A stretch of 64,000 bases of DNA from Minutocellus sp. GHC0000111. Its lineage: Eukaryota. Shown here piece after piece: positions 34,425 to 45,688 of this stretch (position 1 is its first letter; every line of letters begins with the position of its first letter). The stretch is taken from assembly GCA_977018835.1 (NCBI GenBank), contig OZ361257.1:2232001-2296000 (forward strand). The letters run 5' to 3'. The notes under the pieces are model-generated. The model was given only the letters and a program-made list of their open reading frames with translations, was not told where the DNA came from and made no database searches. The translations under genes and the position numbers were made by a program.

Positions 34425-35217
34425 CTGCTACTGCAGTGCATGCGCATGCGAGGGCAGTCGAGCCCGCCCCATGATGTGCCAGATACTACTGCACCTGTGC
34501 TCATTGCAGCGCTTGTTCGCATGTTTTGTGCACGCAATGCCCTCCCGTTGGCAGAAGCAACTGCAGATGCAGCAGGAGCATCCGCATGGATCCTCCTCCT
34601 CCTACTACCGGCACCACCGCCACCGCCACACTCGTATGCCCCCCCTGCTTGTGCCGTAAGACGTGCCGATTCGCTCCATGCATTGTTGTTGTTGTTGTTA
34701 CTTGTAGTTTTAGTAGAGGTGGCGAGGGAAGATGAGGAACAGAGACATAGGCGGCAGGATCGGCCAACTTGGGATGGGCGTCGACTTGCGGCGACGTGAC
34801 TATGTAGGAAGGATCGGCGCATTGCTTGGAAGAGGGGAGGGCGAGCGCTGGCAGCGGCGGAGCGGGGGCCGGTCGTCGCCATCATTGCTGCTGTTGGGTG
34901 TTCCGGTTCTGCCAAAAATGGCCTCATTTTTCAATTTTGCTTCCTCTCGCTTTTCTCCTCTTCGATTTCTCCTCTCCTTTCCCTTCTTTTTCCAACTATT
35001 TCGCCTGCTGTGGAGGAACCCGGATCGGATCGCACGATTGCTCCTCGCTCAGTCATCAAGATGCTTCGCGCCGAGTTCGCGAGCAGCCAACTCTCACATC
35101 CGATGGCGGCCTGGGCGGTGCTGACTTACTAGCTAGTATCCGGTGCTCTCGTGCCATCATCCAATTCATGAGTTGCTCAGCAGGCCGTCCCTAGTTAGCA
35201 TCACCATTCATCGAACG

Positions 35218-38200
35218 ATGGCCTCGCTGGCAGTACACGCGGCGATCGTTGCGCCGTCCGAGCCGCTGCACCGACAACAGCAGCAACGAAAACCAACAAG
35301 AACGAGAATGAGAACGAGGCCGCCGCAAGACGACAACGATGGCAACAACGACGACAGCGACGACGATGTCGACGAGGCATCAACGAGCAGCTGCCGGCCC
35401 CGGGCTGGCTGCTGCACCGACGACAACGACGGCAACGACGAGGGGGAGACGATGGATCGGCAGATCGACCACAGCGGCAGCAATACCAGCAGCAGCCGTC
35501 GGATGTGCACCGGCGATACCACGTGCTGTGGCGGCGCGCGAACCGCCCCCCTCCCTGGACGCCTCTCGCCGGCCCCACTGCACACACCACCGCCACCCCC
35601 ACCGCCACTGCTCCTCCTACCATCAATGCTCCTGCTGCCATTAACACTGCTCCTACTCACCCTCTGTCCAACACCCACAAACGCCACGCTCTATCTCCAT
35701 ACAACCTCCTCGGACGGGTACGCCATCCAAACTCCGTACCCGTCGGAACCGGCCCGCTTCGGCAGGGTGTTCGACGGGTCCATCACCGGTCCGGGCAATT
35801 TGTTCTTGCCGCCCTACGGTGTGGATTCGAGGTTGTGCAGCATCAGCGTTGACGTGGACGATGGGGATAGTGAAGGGGTCGGCTCGCGGGCCGATGATGG
35901 TAATGGGGATGGAGACGGTGGTGGGAATGTTGAAGATGGGGAGGGCGCCAGACGGCGGCTGAGCGTTGACTTGGCCGTCGCCGGACCAGCGGTGGATCGG
36001 TTGCGAAGAAACGGTCATCATCGCCACCATGATCGCCACTATCGCCCTCAGCATCGACGACGACTGCTCGATCAAACGAACGGTGAGGGAGCACCGACAG
36101 CTCCTGCCGCGGGGATGGTGATGGACTACATGGAGGAGCTGCTGCCGGTACTACTGGAGAATGAGGCAGAGATGGAGGAGATGGGGGGAAAGGAGGGGGT
36201 AGCACTGGCAAACTGGGAAGACAATGACGACGACGAAGAATACGGAGGAAAAGAAGAAGGAGAGCATTATCCAGAATCCACCAACCGCCTGTGGCATCGC
36301 TACCTCCTCATGGCCTCGTCGGGCGGCGATAACAATGTGCTGGGTGATGATTGGGGTGGTGATGTTGGTGATAACGACAATACTGTTGGTGGCGACGGTG
36401 CCACAGTTGACGAGTGGGGCGACAAACACAACCCTTCTCGGCAAAGCCGGGACCTGCACGAGCAGTACGACGACGGCACCGATAGGAACGACGGCCACAA
36501 CGGCCATCCCTACTCGTCGTTCCCGACGTCGCGCTCCTCGGCGGGGTGGGACCAGCCCCGTCCGATCGCGTTGCTGGTGGAACGGGGGGGATGCACCTTC
36601 CACGAGAAGGCGGTGAATGCCATGCGGCTCAACCGACGGTTGTTGCGGGAGGCCGTCCTGCTCAGCAGGGATGGGCATGGTCGGACCGACGATGTTGATG
36701 GTAGTAATGGTGACGATGAGGATGAGGAGGATGGGGCCAACCGCAAGAGGGTGTACGAATTTCCCGACAAGGGCGGTGCCGATATGGACAACACGGACGA
36801 TGCTGCCGACGGCAATGGTGATGGAAGGAGGCTGGAGAGAAGAAGGGTGGAAGCCCATCGAACACTGCAACCAGATGCCGACGCCACCGATACCTACGAT
36901 CAGGATGCCATCATCGAAGAGGGCCTGGACTCGGTCCAGCGCGACATGGACAAGTCCGAGGTGGGGACGGCCCGCCCGTCGGATCTGATCGGCGACGGAG
37001 GATCCCCGTCCAGCGGATACGGCAATATCGGTGGCAGCGGCAATGGCAACACCAACAACATCTTTGTCGAATTGCCCACCCTCCGCATCGATTACCTCGT
37101 GGTGTACAACGACGAGGTCAACTCTGCATACGGGAAGGAGGATGACCTGGTCCTGATGGACCGACCGAGCAACACCCAAGATGTCGACAGGGTCGATGTC
37201 GGATTGGTCTTCATCAGTCGAAGGAGTGGCCTTGACCTCCGGAGACGGATGGACGAGCTGTCATCGACAGAGTATGGAACGACCGTTCCTTGGCCAAGTG
37301 GCCTGACCACCGATTATGACAAGCACGACAACGATGGTGACGGAGAGGATGACATTCCGGCATACTATTTAACGGCCAGGGATATGTTCCCCTCCACGGC
37401 CACGGAGAATGGCGGATGGTTCCTTCCCATCTCCGTCGATCAGAAGAAGGAGCTCGGGCCGTACGGCACCGCCGGATGGACCCGGGGATCGACCACGCGA
37501 GATAGCTTTTATTGGATCCGATTCGTGCTGATTGCACTTCTCATCGTCACACCTGTTATGAGGGGATGCTTCGTTTGGCACGGTGCCGGTGGCAGGGTGC
37601 AGTTCCGCCGTAACGATGCAGGTCGGATCGTGGGTCTACACATAGTTCAACCCACGGGAAGTTGGATCACTGGCTGGGACGATGGTGGTTGGGAAGAAGG
37701 AGATGCCGAACGGCGGAGGGATCGCATTCGGAAAATGACGCAAGATGAGGTGATGGGCCTACCCGAGATTGAGTACACCGCCAGTACAGATGAAGACACT
37801 GACGAGGGCAATGGTGAGGACGATGGCGATGACTTGGAGGGTGGAGACGCTACTACTAGCAAGCAAGATGATCTTGACGACATAAATATCTCCTCGTCGG
37901 ATTCCCACTCACAAGAACCAGAAGCAACAGCATCAGGCAATGAATCGGCAATTTCTAGCGAGAACTCTCCAGCCACAAAGACTACTTGCACTTCCTGTTC
38001 CATCTGCATCGATGACTTTGAACCGGGAGAAAAGATTCGGCTTCTCCCGCGCTGCGGACATGCCTTCCATACCGACTGCATTTTGCCGTGGCTAACAGAG
38101 CGCAGTGGTTCTTGCCCGCTTTGCAAAAGAAATGTAATGGGAGATGGAAGCGATGGTCTTGAAGAAAGTAGTGCTGATGAACATGACTCAAACAGCATCA

Positions 38201-38418
38201 TCGATGGAGAAGATGATGCGGAGGAAAGAGCGATAGAGAACGAGGATGAAGACGTAGAGGAGGGTCGAGCAGATAGCAGACAACGGCCTCAAGATTCTCG
38301 CGCGACGAGAGCATCGATCTCAAGTTCCAATTCGAGTGGAGCCATCCAGACTTCAAATTCTGCTAGGACGAGGCGAGCTCGGCGACGATGGAGAAACGGT
38401 CTCGATTCAGGTGCTTAA
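35218..38418 (+). CDS. PA-domain/TM/RING-H2 E3 ligase (RNF13/RMR-like) with long low-complexity insertions
   Basis: PARFG, IALLVERGGCTFHEKA, LVVYND, FISRRSG PA elements; TM; CSIC...CGHAFHTDCILPWL...CPLCK. Confidence 0.85.
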   Translation: MASLAVHAAIVAPSEPLHRQQQQRKPTRTRMRTRPPQDDNDGNNDDSDDDVDEASTSSCRPRAGCCTDDNDGNDEGETMDRQIDHSGSNTSSSRRMCTGDTTCCGGARTAPLPGRLSPAPLHTPPPPPPPLLLLPSMLLLPLTLLLLTLCPTPTNATLYLHTTSSDGYAIQTPYPSEPARFGRVFDGSITGPGNLFLPPYGVDSRLCSISVDVDDGDSEGVGSRADDGNGDGDGGGNVEDGEGARRRLSVDLAVAGPAVDRLRRNGHHRHHDRHYRPQHRRRLLDQTNGEGAPTAPAAGMVMDYMEELLPVLLENEAEMEEMGGKEGVALANWEDNDDDEEYGGKEEGEHYPESTNRLWHRYLLMASSGGDNNVLGDDWGGDVGDNDNTVGGDGATVDEWGDKHNPSRQSRDLHEQYDDGTDRNDGHNGHPYSSFPTSRSSAGWDQPRPIALLVERGGCTFHEKAVNAMRLNRRLLREAVLLSRDGHGRTDDVDGSNGDDEDEEDGANRKRVYEFPDKGGADMDNTDDAADGNGDGRRLERRRVEAHRTLQPDADATDTYDQDAIIEEGLDSVQRDMDKSEVGTARPSDLIGDGGSPSSGYGNIGGSGNGNTNNIFVELPTLRIDYLVVYNDEVNSAYGKEDDLVLMDRPSNTQDVDRVDVGLVFISRRSGLDLRRRMDELSSTEYGTTVPWPSGLTTDYDKHDNDGDGEDDIPAYYLTARDMFPSTATENGGWFLPISVDQKKELGPYGTAGWTRGSTTRDSFYWIRFVLIALLIVTPVMRGCFVWHGAGGRVQFRRNDAGRIVGLHIVQPTGSWITGWDDGGWEEGDAERRRDRIRKMTQDEVMGLPEIEYTASTDEDTDEGNGEDDGDDLEGGDATTSKQDDLDDINISSSDSHSQEPEATASGNESAISSENSPATKTTCTSCSICIDDFEPGEKIRLLPRCGHAFHTDCILPWLTERSGSCPLCKRNVMGDGSDGLEESSADEHDSNSIIDGEDDAEERAIENEDEDVEEGRADSRQRPQDSRATRASISSSNSSGAIQTSNSARTRRARRRWRNGLDSGA

Positions 38419-38626
38419 TCTAATGAGTGATTAGATAATTGTACAATAGAAGCAAGACTAACACACAAGTGTAGGTTCTATCTAACACCATATGCTTCAT
38501 TGCCGATTTATCTGTGCCACCACCGCTGATGCCAGTGATGATGTACGGCGCTCTCGGTGATAGATGAATTCGGATATTTGACTGCCAATTGTCCACTTCC
38601 ACGTGCCATGCAATACTGCTTCCCCT

Positions 38627-39804
38627 TTAGCTATCCCCCAACCTACGTCCACCACCACCCCAGTTATGACCTCTCGAAGCGCTCCCACCGCCACCACTGC
38701 TGCTTCCTGCTGCTGGATCGTTCGGTGTGCGGACATTGCCAGGTCTCGCGAACCCGCCACTTCCACCACTGCCGCCGCCGCCGCGACCACCATACCCACC
38801 AGCAGGGGCGACGGGTGGGACATAGTCACCAATGCCGAGCTGATCAATAAGGAACTGAGGCGTGTGGAGCAAATCCTTTCCATAAACAAGAGGATACACA
38901 TCGACGAGGAAGTAGTAAACGTGTCCAAGGCCAATACCCACCAAGATGTCCCAGTACGGATTGCCAAGGAGGACTGGAAATGGTGTGTGCGGGACGAGAA
39001 AGGAATTGTGAGTAAGGAGGCTGAATGCGATGCTGAACGACATGGCAAAAAACTCATACATCAATTATGCCGCAATGTGTTAGACAGTGGATCAAAATGG
39101 GCTGGTCTTACCATTCAGAGCCAAGTAGGCAAAGGGCAAGTCTGTGTAAAAAGAGTTGAAAAGGAAGTGCACCACAGAAGAATGGTCAAGTGAGTGGGCG
39201 AACAGGTCCAATATTCAATTCAATAACAGGGAACAACATATTGCAATGTTGCAGGGCTGGGTCATCAATCCAAACAAAAGTTACACTCACACATGCCCTT
39301 GACCGGAACGCCCCATATGTTGGCATCGACATTCGGGTTCTTCCTGCCCCATACGTAGAGGACGTAAAACGTCAGATTCCTCGTAAAGAGCGGTGCGATC
39401 GGGATCAGCCCACCGAGCAGATGGAACGCCGCCACGCACCCGAACATGCCGAACAGGAGACAGAAGAGATAGTCGGCCGTCCCCCCGCCGGCTCCGGTGT
39501 TGTACGGTCCGCCGCCCTCGTACTGCTTGGAGAACTGGTAGAGCATATAAAGTCCCATGAGGGTGTTGATGCTGAACGAACCCACGTACAGGAACGAAGT
39601 TGCCAGGCGCCACACGTGGAAGGAACTTTTGATCGAGCCAAAGTCATAAATCAGCATGTACGGGCTGACGATGCCAAAGTTCCCGGCCAGAGTGAATCCG
39701 GCGGCACCACCGAACCAGTAGCGGGTGATGAGTGGGAGGGAGTTGAACCAGTCGGATATGCCCGGGGTGTCGTTCATCCCGGCGGCTTGGTTGGCGGGAG
39801 GCAT
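38627..39804 (-). CDS. DERL: Derlin (ERAD); exons 39804-39291, 39141-39112, 38973-38627
   Basis: PLITRYW, VWRLATSF, YVWGRKNP, spliced YLPFAYLALNVLLGNP, GHVYYFL, C-terminal WGGGGRRLG SHP box. Confidence 0.92.
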
Positions 39805-40171
39805 GGTGTGATAGGAATCGGTGTGCAAGCAATTCAAGGCAAAGGCCGTTGTGCCATCGTTAGATCCAGCTGGCAGCAAAATGCATTTCGCTCGATGCTG
39901 TTGCATGCCTGTGTTCGTTCCGGCGTGAAAAGCGCGCGGCGAAGTTCGAAGGCCTGCAGGCCGCGACGCGATCTGACACATACACAATTTCCCGCGCCCG
40001 CCACTCCCCAACCCAAGCAGGCCACCTATTGCCATCCCCCAAATTTCCAGACAAACCGTTACCTCTGAACAATGACGCACCGATAGCGCTAGCGCTGACT
40101 TGGCTCATGGAATACCTTTGAGACCCATACTGCAGTGCTCGGCATTACTCGTAGAATTCTGCCCAGCCAAC

Positions 40172-41485
40172 ATGCTGTCTCCCGGGTCACGGTCCCTGGC
40201 CCTCCGTCTTGGTCCGTCATTGCTGGTCGAGGTTGGATGGTGGACCTACGCTTTGTTGGACCCGTCCACTCGGCTCGGTCTCTTCGCTGAGCCGACTCCG
40301 TACGATGGTTTTTATTACTACATGTCTCTGACAATGATATTGGGCAGCCTCGTGGCCGGTGCCACGAGCGAGGGTGGTGGGGCCATTGCCTTTCCAGTCA
40401 TGACGCTGGCATTGGGCGTTCCGCCGCACATCGCTCGCGACTTCTCCTTTGCCATCCAAAGCTTCGGCATGACCTGTGCCAGCATTACCATCCTCGGCCT
40501 TGGAATTCCAATTGACAAGCCGGCGCTGCTCTGGGGAACTACGGGCGGAACCGTTGGTCTTCTCCTGGGATTAGAATTCGTCGCACCGCATCTACCCCCG
40601 GCTTACGCCAAGATCTTGTTCGTCAGTCTATGGATTGCATTCGCGGTGGCTCTGTTTCGCTTGAATGCCAGCGATTGGGATCGGTGCGTCTATTCCAGCT
40701 CAGAGGAGTCGGATGCTGCCCAGAGGGAAGCTCGAAGACTTGCTAGTGTGGAAAGAGAAGCAGATTTTGAGGTCGGTGCTTCCAAAACTATTCCAGAGGA
40801 GGCGGAAAAAAGGCTGAGTGCAAAGACACAGCGTGCCCTCGTTTTATCTGGATTTGGCCTCTTTGGCGGACTTACCTCTTCCATCGCTGGTTCTGGTTTG
40901 GATATGGCCACCTTCTCGGTCCTTACATTGTTTTATCGCGTCAGTGAGAAGGTAGCAACGCCCACCTCGGTCATTCTAATGGCTATCAATGCCGTGCTTG
41001 GTATGTGCTTTCGTTTCACCGGAATCGGGGGTGATTACGCCGAAGGAGAGCAACAGACCGTGTGGAACTTTGTGGCGGTTTGCATCCCCATTGTCGTCAT
41101 TGGAGCACCGATCGGGGCAACTATATCGGCAAAGGTTTCACGGCACGTCATCAGTGGCTTTATTTTCTTCTTGGATAGCATCCAGTTCATATCGGCCATT
41201 GCCATCATTCAGCCTTGGTCCAAGCCATATCCCAACAACATTGGTCTAAGCGTTGCCTGCGTTGGTACATTGATGGTTGGTTCTGGGTTCTTCTGGTTGC
41301 TGGCCAATGCCGGCGAAGCAAAGCAAGAGATTGCCAACAAGGCCAAGGGGGCTCAGCAGGTGAATTCAGTCGAGACTGGCACCAGCAGCCGATCGACGTC
41401 CGAAAGGCGGCTAAGTGATGCCGAGGCGGAGGCAGAGGATGACTTCATGGACAATGAAGTGGTGACAGGCGAGAATCGGGTGTAG
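40172..41485 (+). CDS. TauE/SafE (TSUP) sulfite-exporter family membrane protein
   Basis: GSLVAGATSEGGGAIAFPVMT, EKVATPTSVILMA, GAPIG; many TM segments. Confidence 0.88.
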   Translation: MLSPGSRSLALRLGPSLLVEVGWWTYALLDPSTRLGLFAEPTPYDGFYYYMSLTMILGSLVAGATSEGGGAIAFPVMTLALGVPPHIARDFSFAIQSFGMTCASITILGLGIPIDKPALLWGTTGGTVGLLLGLEFVAPHLPPAYAKILFVSLWIAFAVALFRLNASDWDRCVYSSSEESDAAQREARRLASVEREADFEVGASKTIPEEAEKRLSAKTQRALVLSGFGLFGGLTSSIAGSGLDMATFSVLTLFYRVSEKVATPTSVILMAINAVLGMCFRFTGIGGDYAEGEQQTVWNFVAVCIPIVVIGAPIGATISAKVSRHVISGFIFFLDSIQFISAIAIIQPWSKPYPNNIGLSVACVGTLMVGSGFFWLLANAGEAKQEIANKAKGAQQVNSVETGTSSRSTSERRLSDAEAEAEDDFMDNEVVTGENRV

Positions 41486-41657
41486 AGTAACATTTACTTA
41501 TAATAAAGCAATTCCAAGCACTTCAAATGTTCACTCCTCCATGACAAGGGTTCCTGCATGCCGTCGGTGTGTTTGGTATCTCGAGCTCTGCTCTTAACGT
41601 TCTACCGAAGACCCAGAAGGAGGGGCTGCGAGTGCCTGCCCGCGCTCATGAGTCAAT

Positions 41658-43313
41658 ATGACGGCCACCGGCCTGTCCCTGCAGCGGGTTGGCCTCGCCG
41701 CCCTCATCCTAACCTCCCTGGTGAGCTTGATAACATGCCCTTATTCCAAGGTAGAGGAGTCGTTCAACCTCCAGGCCACACATGATGTGTTCTACCACGG
41801 AATTAGACCAGCCCTCTTTGCCGCATGGTCTGGGGATAGCGGCTCTGATCTGCCCTACGACCATCTCCAGTACCCAGGTGTCGTGCCTCGTACATTCACT
41901 GGCCCTATCATTCTGGGTTACGCTTGCCAAATCATCTCGATGCTGGTATGCCCCCTATTTGATCTCGCTGCTCGCCCCTTGCTGGTTCAGGCGTTATCGC
42001 GAGGCATATTGCTGGCATTCAACATCCATGCCATGTATCGCCTTGCCATTGCAGCAGATAACAAATTTGGTCAGAATAATCCAATCGTCGGTGCATATCT
42101 TCTCCTCGTCACAGCCGTGCAGTTCCATCTGCCATTTTACTTATCACGCATGCTGCCCAATGTTTTTGCGCTGATTTTAGTAATTCATGCGTATGCCGAT
42201 TGGTTATCAGGACGGTCTAGAAGGGCAGCTGCGTGGTTGGTGGCCGCCACGTCAATCTTCCGATGCGATGTGCTGATACTCCTATTTACAGTCGGATTGA
42301 CCATGCTGATTCGTCGAGAGATGACAATTGTTCAGGCTTTGCAGACAGGCGTTGTTACTGGCGTTATCAGTCTTGTTATTACGGTACCGACGGATTCTAT
42401 ATTGTGGAGACGATGGCTATGGCCAGAGGGAGAGGTATTGTTCTTCAATACTGTTGAAAACAAATCAAGCGAATGGGGAACCTCTCCTTGGTATTGGTAT
42501 GTAACATCAGCACTGCCCAAGGCGATGATGCTCACCTCGCTTCTCGTTCCATTGTCGGTGATTCGAATCCCTGAAATGATTGAGACCTGGGTGCGAAAGC
42601 GAACAGAAAAGAATGCATCGATCACATACAATTATTTCGATGCGCGAGTAGTTCCTTTTGTCCTGCCAATTATATGCTTCGTTGGTCTTTATTCAAAGCT
42701 GCCACACAAGGAGATAAGATTCATCTTTCCTGCTCTGCCCATGCTTAATCTATCAGCAGCGTTGGGACTTGCCCGGCTACACAGCGCAGCATTTCCAGTG
42801 CGAAAGGAGAAGGAAGAAGGGCATGTGGAAGAAAGCAGCAAAAAAACGAGAATACCTTCCTACTTGACTAAATTTCTTTTCTTATGTGGGCTGGGTTGTG
42901 TCTTTGTGACATTTGCTGGGAGTTCCATGTTTATGGCCGTTTCTGCTCGTAATTATCCTGGGGGTGAGGCCCTTGCTTTACTTCAGCGTCACATTGAGGA
43001 TAACGATTCAAACAATCAAGAAGTATCGATTTATGTGGACGTGGCGTCGGCAATGTCGGGGGTATCGCTCTTTGGGCAACGAGCTGTATCGGGCGGCCAC
43101 GATGAAGTAAAGTTTGTCAAGTCTGGATACGAAGATGAGTACAAATCACTTGATTCGTCAGCTCGGCTTCGGTCCTATTCGCACATATTATCAGAAGAGA
43201 AAGAAATCAAGGGATTTGATGTAATTGGCGTTGCAACTGGGAATCCTCGAATAGAAGCTCGACGCTTGCGCATTATTAGTTCGGATGCTATATTTATTCA
43301 CCAGCGAAGATAA
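41658..43313 (+). CDS. ALG12: Dol-P-Man alpha-1,6-mannosyltransferase
   Basis: PYSKVEESFNLQATHD, YDHLQYPGVVPRTF, NKSSEWG, PHKEIRF, NYPGG. Confidence 0.95.
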   Translation: MTATGLSLQRVGLAALILTSLVSLITCPYSKVEESFNLQATHDVFYHGIRPALFAAWSGDSGSDLPYDHLQYPGVVPRTFTGPIILGYACQIISMLVCPLFDLAARPLLVQALSRGILLAFNIHAMYRLAIAADNKFGQNNPIVGAYLLLVTAVQFHLPFYLSRMLPNVFALILVIHAYADWLSGRSRRAAAWLVAATSIFRCDVLILLFTVGLTMLIRREMTIVQALQTGVVTGVISLVITVPTDSILWRRWLWPEGEVLFFNTVENKSSEWGTSPWYWYVTSALPKAMMLTSLLVPLSVIRIPEMIETWVRKRTEKNASITYNYFDARVVPFVLPIICFVGLYSKLPHKEIRFIFPALPMLNLSAALGLARLHSAAFPVRKEKEEGHVEESSKKTRIPSYLTKFLFLCGLGCVFVTFAGSSMFMAVSARNYPGGEALALLQRHIEDNDSNNQEVSIYVDVASAMSGVSLFGQRAVSGGHDEVKFVKSGYEDEYKSLDSSARLRSYSHILSEEKEIKGFDVIGVATGNPRIEARRLRIISSDAIFIHQRR

Positions 43314-43395
43314 AATAAATCTAGAGAGACTTACTGACTGGACTGTTATGCTTCTCGTCTACAGTACACATTGTTCTAGCTAGCAACGTAGTAGA

Positions 43396-45237
43396 TTACT
43401 CGTGCTCTTCGTTCAAATCCACATCTCCAACTGCATCGGTCAAATCTTCTCCTTCTGCATCGACATTACTATTCTCGTCAGTCTCTTTTTCGGTCTTTTC
43501 CTCGACCCGGTCCATTTCCTTACCTCCCTCTCTCAAGACTTCCTCAACAGCATTCAATTCGGCCTCAAGTTCCTCGTCATTCTCAAGCTCACGCTCAAAT
43601 GCCTCTCTTTCTCTCTTGAGGAGCTCGTCGGAGCCTCCTTCGTCACCACCGCCATCTCCGAGGAAGCCCATCCGTGCCACCTCCTCAAGCTGCTGCTTGG
43701 CCTTCTTTTCCTCCCTCTTTCTGCGTCGTTCTCTTTTCTTGCTACCCGACGACTTGGCCTTGCTCTTCTTGCCCTCCTCTTCGTCAGCTGGCATGGGATC
43801 ACCTGCATCGCCACCACCGCCGCCTCCACCGCCGCCTCCACCACCCTTCACTTTCTTCACCAAGACCACATCGGGCATAACAAAGCCATTCTGGCAGCTA
43901 TTTTCGAGGCTCCATTCAGCCTCGGAGGGAAGGACCGACGATACCAAGTCATAGCCCAAGACAGAATCGCCTGGCTGAAGCAAAATTCCAAGGTGGGTGA
44001 CGCAGCTCAAGGTTTCGTCCGTCTGTCCAAAGTCTGATTCGCGAACAATTTCCACATCGGCCAGGGCATACTTCTCCACGCCGCTCTTGGGCCCGGCATA
44101 CTGCGGGTGATCCTCGCCGTAGTTGGTGTCGGCACACATCTCCACATCCAACACGACGAAGCGAGTCAGTCTCGTGGAAGAGAACAGCAACCGGTAATAC
44201 TTGTCGCCGCGCCAATACTTTTCGGGATGGATATCAACCATGCAGGGGTCCATCGGCGCATTCCTCGTAGGGGAGGCATCGACCAGCCGAATGACGCTCG
44301 ACATGCGATCCACCAGGCACAGCCGTCCAGCGAGATGGCCGGCACCACCTCCACCGCCCGACGAGACGCGCTTATCAACAATGAGATGGTCATCTCGGCA
44401 GAGCGGCACGACATCGCACGCTACCGTATGCTTCACGTTGGCCGTGTTGGATTTGACATCCGTCGACACCAGCTTCTGCGTCGTCTTGATCCGCATGGGC
44501 GCAATACGGGCCAGGTAGGAAGAGAACAGTCTTGCGTGCATCAGGCTGAGGAAGTAGAAGTCGAATCCATGCCGAGAAGGGTCGACCGACAGCACGTGCT
44601 TGCGCACGTCGGCATTCTTGGCCAGGGCGGCTTCGAGCAGGACAAGGCCGCGACGCGACGATCCGTCGGCCCTCTTCTGCCGGAGCTGAACGACCGCCTG
44701 CCAGGTGCGATTGGTAAATTCTCGGTTGCACTCCTGGCACTGTTTCCAGCTCTCGACCAGCTCGACCATGCATCGCTGCTGGACAGCCACGCCGGCACCT
44801 CCAATCGTGGTCGCCCTCACGGTCAGCCGGACCTTGAGGCGGCGGGAATGGGGCTCGGTCCATACCCAACTTGCGTCTACGAGGTGGATGGAGCTGACGC
44901 CCGACGACAGCATGTGCTGCTCGCCGCCTCCCTTCTTGCTGCCCTGCTGCAGGGCCGGGATGCGCTTCAGACATAGGCTGAGGAGTTCGGGCGATTCCGT
45001 CTCGAGGTGCTGCCACCGCTTACCATTTTCCGTCATCTCATACCGCCGACACCTGCGGCACTGGTAGACGTTGATGGTGTGCGACCCACCCGGTCCTCGG
45101 TTGAGTATCGAGGTGAGATCGAACTGCGAGGCGAGGCACGTCGTGCACTGATTCGCCGCGTTCGGAACGATGAGAGTCCCACAGAGGAAGCAGGGGATCT
45201 TGATGACGGTGGAGGGTTGACCTGCGTTACTTGCCAT
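43396..45237 (-). CDS. NMD3: 60S ribosomal export adaptor NMD3
   Basis: CxxCG..I.PN.AN.C..C, WTEPHSRRLK, WQAVVQLRQK, KLVSTD, THLG..L.PGD..LGYD, PDVVLVKK. Confidence 0.95.
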   Translation of the reverse strand: MASNAGQPSTVIKIPCFLCGTLIVPNAANQCTTCLASQFDLTSILNRGPGGSHTINVYQCRRCRRYEMTENGKRWQHLETESPELLSLCLKRIPALQQGSKKGGGEQHMLSSGVSSIHLVDASWVWTEPHSRRLKVRLTVRATTIGGAGVAVQQRCMVELVESWKQCQECNREFTNRTWQAVVQLRQKRADGSSRRGLVLLEAALAKNADVRKHVLSVDPSRHGFDFYFLSLMHARLFSSYLARIAPMRIKTTQKLVSTDVKSNTANVKHTVACDVVPLCRDDHLIVDKRVSSGGGGGAGHLAGRLCLVDRMSSVIRLVDASPTRNAPMDPCMVDIHPEKYWRGDKYYRLLFSSTRLTRFVVLDVEMCADTNYGEDHPQYAGPKSGVEKYALADVEIVRESDFGQTDETLSCVTHLGILLQPGDSVLGYDLVSSVLPSEAEWSLENSCQNGFVMPDVVLVKKVKGGGGGGGGGGGGDAGDPMPADEEEGKKSKAKSSGSKKRERRRKREEKKAKQQLEEVARMGFLGDGGGDEGGSDELLKREREAFERELENDEELEAELNAVEEVLREGGKEMDRVEEKTEKETDENSNVDAEGEDLTDAVGDVDLNEEHE

Positions 45238-45249
45238 GGTTGCGGTTCT

Positions 45250-45359
45250 GCTCTCTCGATGCCAAGTGGTTCGAGTGTGATGGTTATTACGGTTGCTCTC
45301 TCGATGCCAAGTGGTTCGAGTGGATGGTTGCTCTCGGCCTCGATGCCAAGTGGTTCGAA
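45250..45359. repeat. Three copies of a 21-bp hairpin-forming core CTCGATGCCAAGTGGTTCGA(G/A), spaced 45 and 39 bp
   Basis: Cores start at 45255, 45300 and 45339, directly upstream of the NMD3 ATG. Confidence 0.9.
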
Positions 45360-45688
45360 TGTTGCGATGCGATGAACAATGAATGCTCAAGCGAAACGTG
45401 CGGCTACGGCTGTCGAACTTCTAAACTTCGCCGAGAGAAAATATACTACTGGTGGTGGTGCATTCTTTGCTGATTTGTAATAGATCTACCAATTTAGAAA
45501 TTGGTATGTACATGTAACAATTTTCTACATAGACGTTTATAGAATCGACATAATCAGTAGATCAATAGATGAGAAGCGAAGAAAGTAGGACAAGCAAAGC
45601 CATGTAGAGCTCTGGAGCAGCTCTCTACCCAAAGTCTACTCTAGGAATTCCTAAAGATTATCAAAACATGAACTACAATCGAATTCTC

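Noticed and set aside
45250..45359. CRISPR-like repeat-spacer or tRNA/SINE interpretation (GCCAAGTGG and GGTTCGA resemble A/B boxes)
   Set aside because: Eukaryotic context, only three units, spacers short and related to each other, no cas genes, no cloverleaf, and the B box lacks its terminal CC
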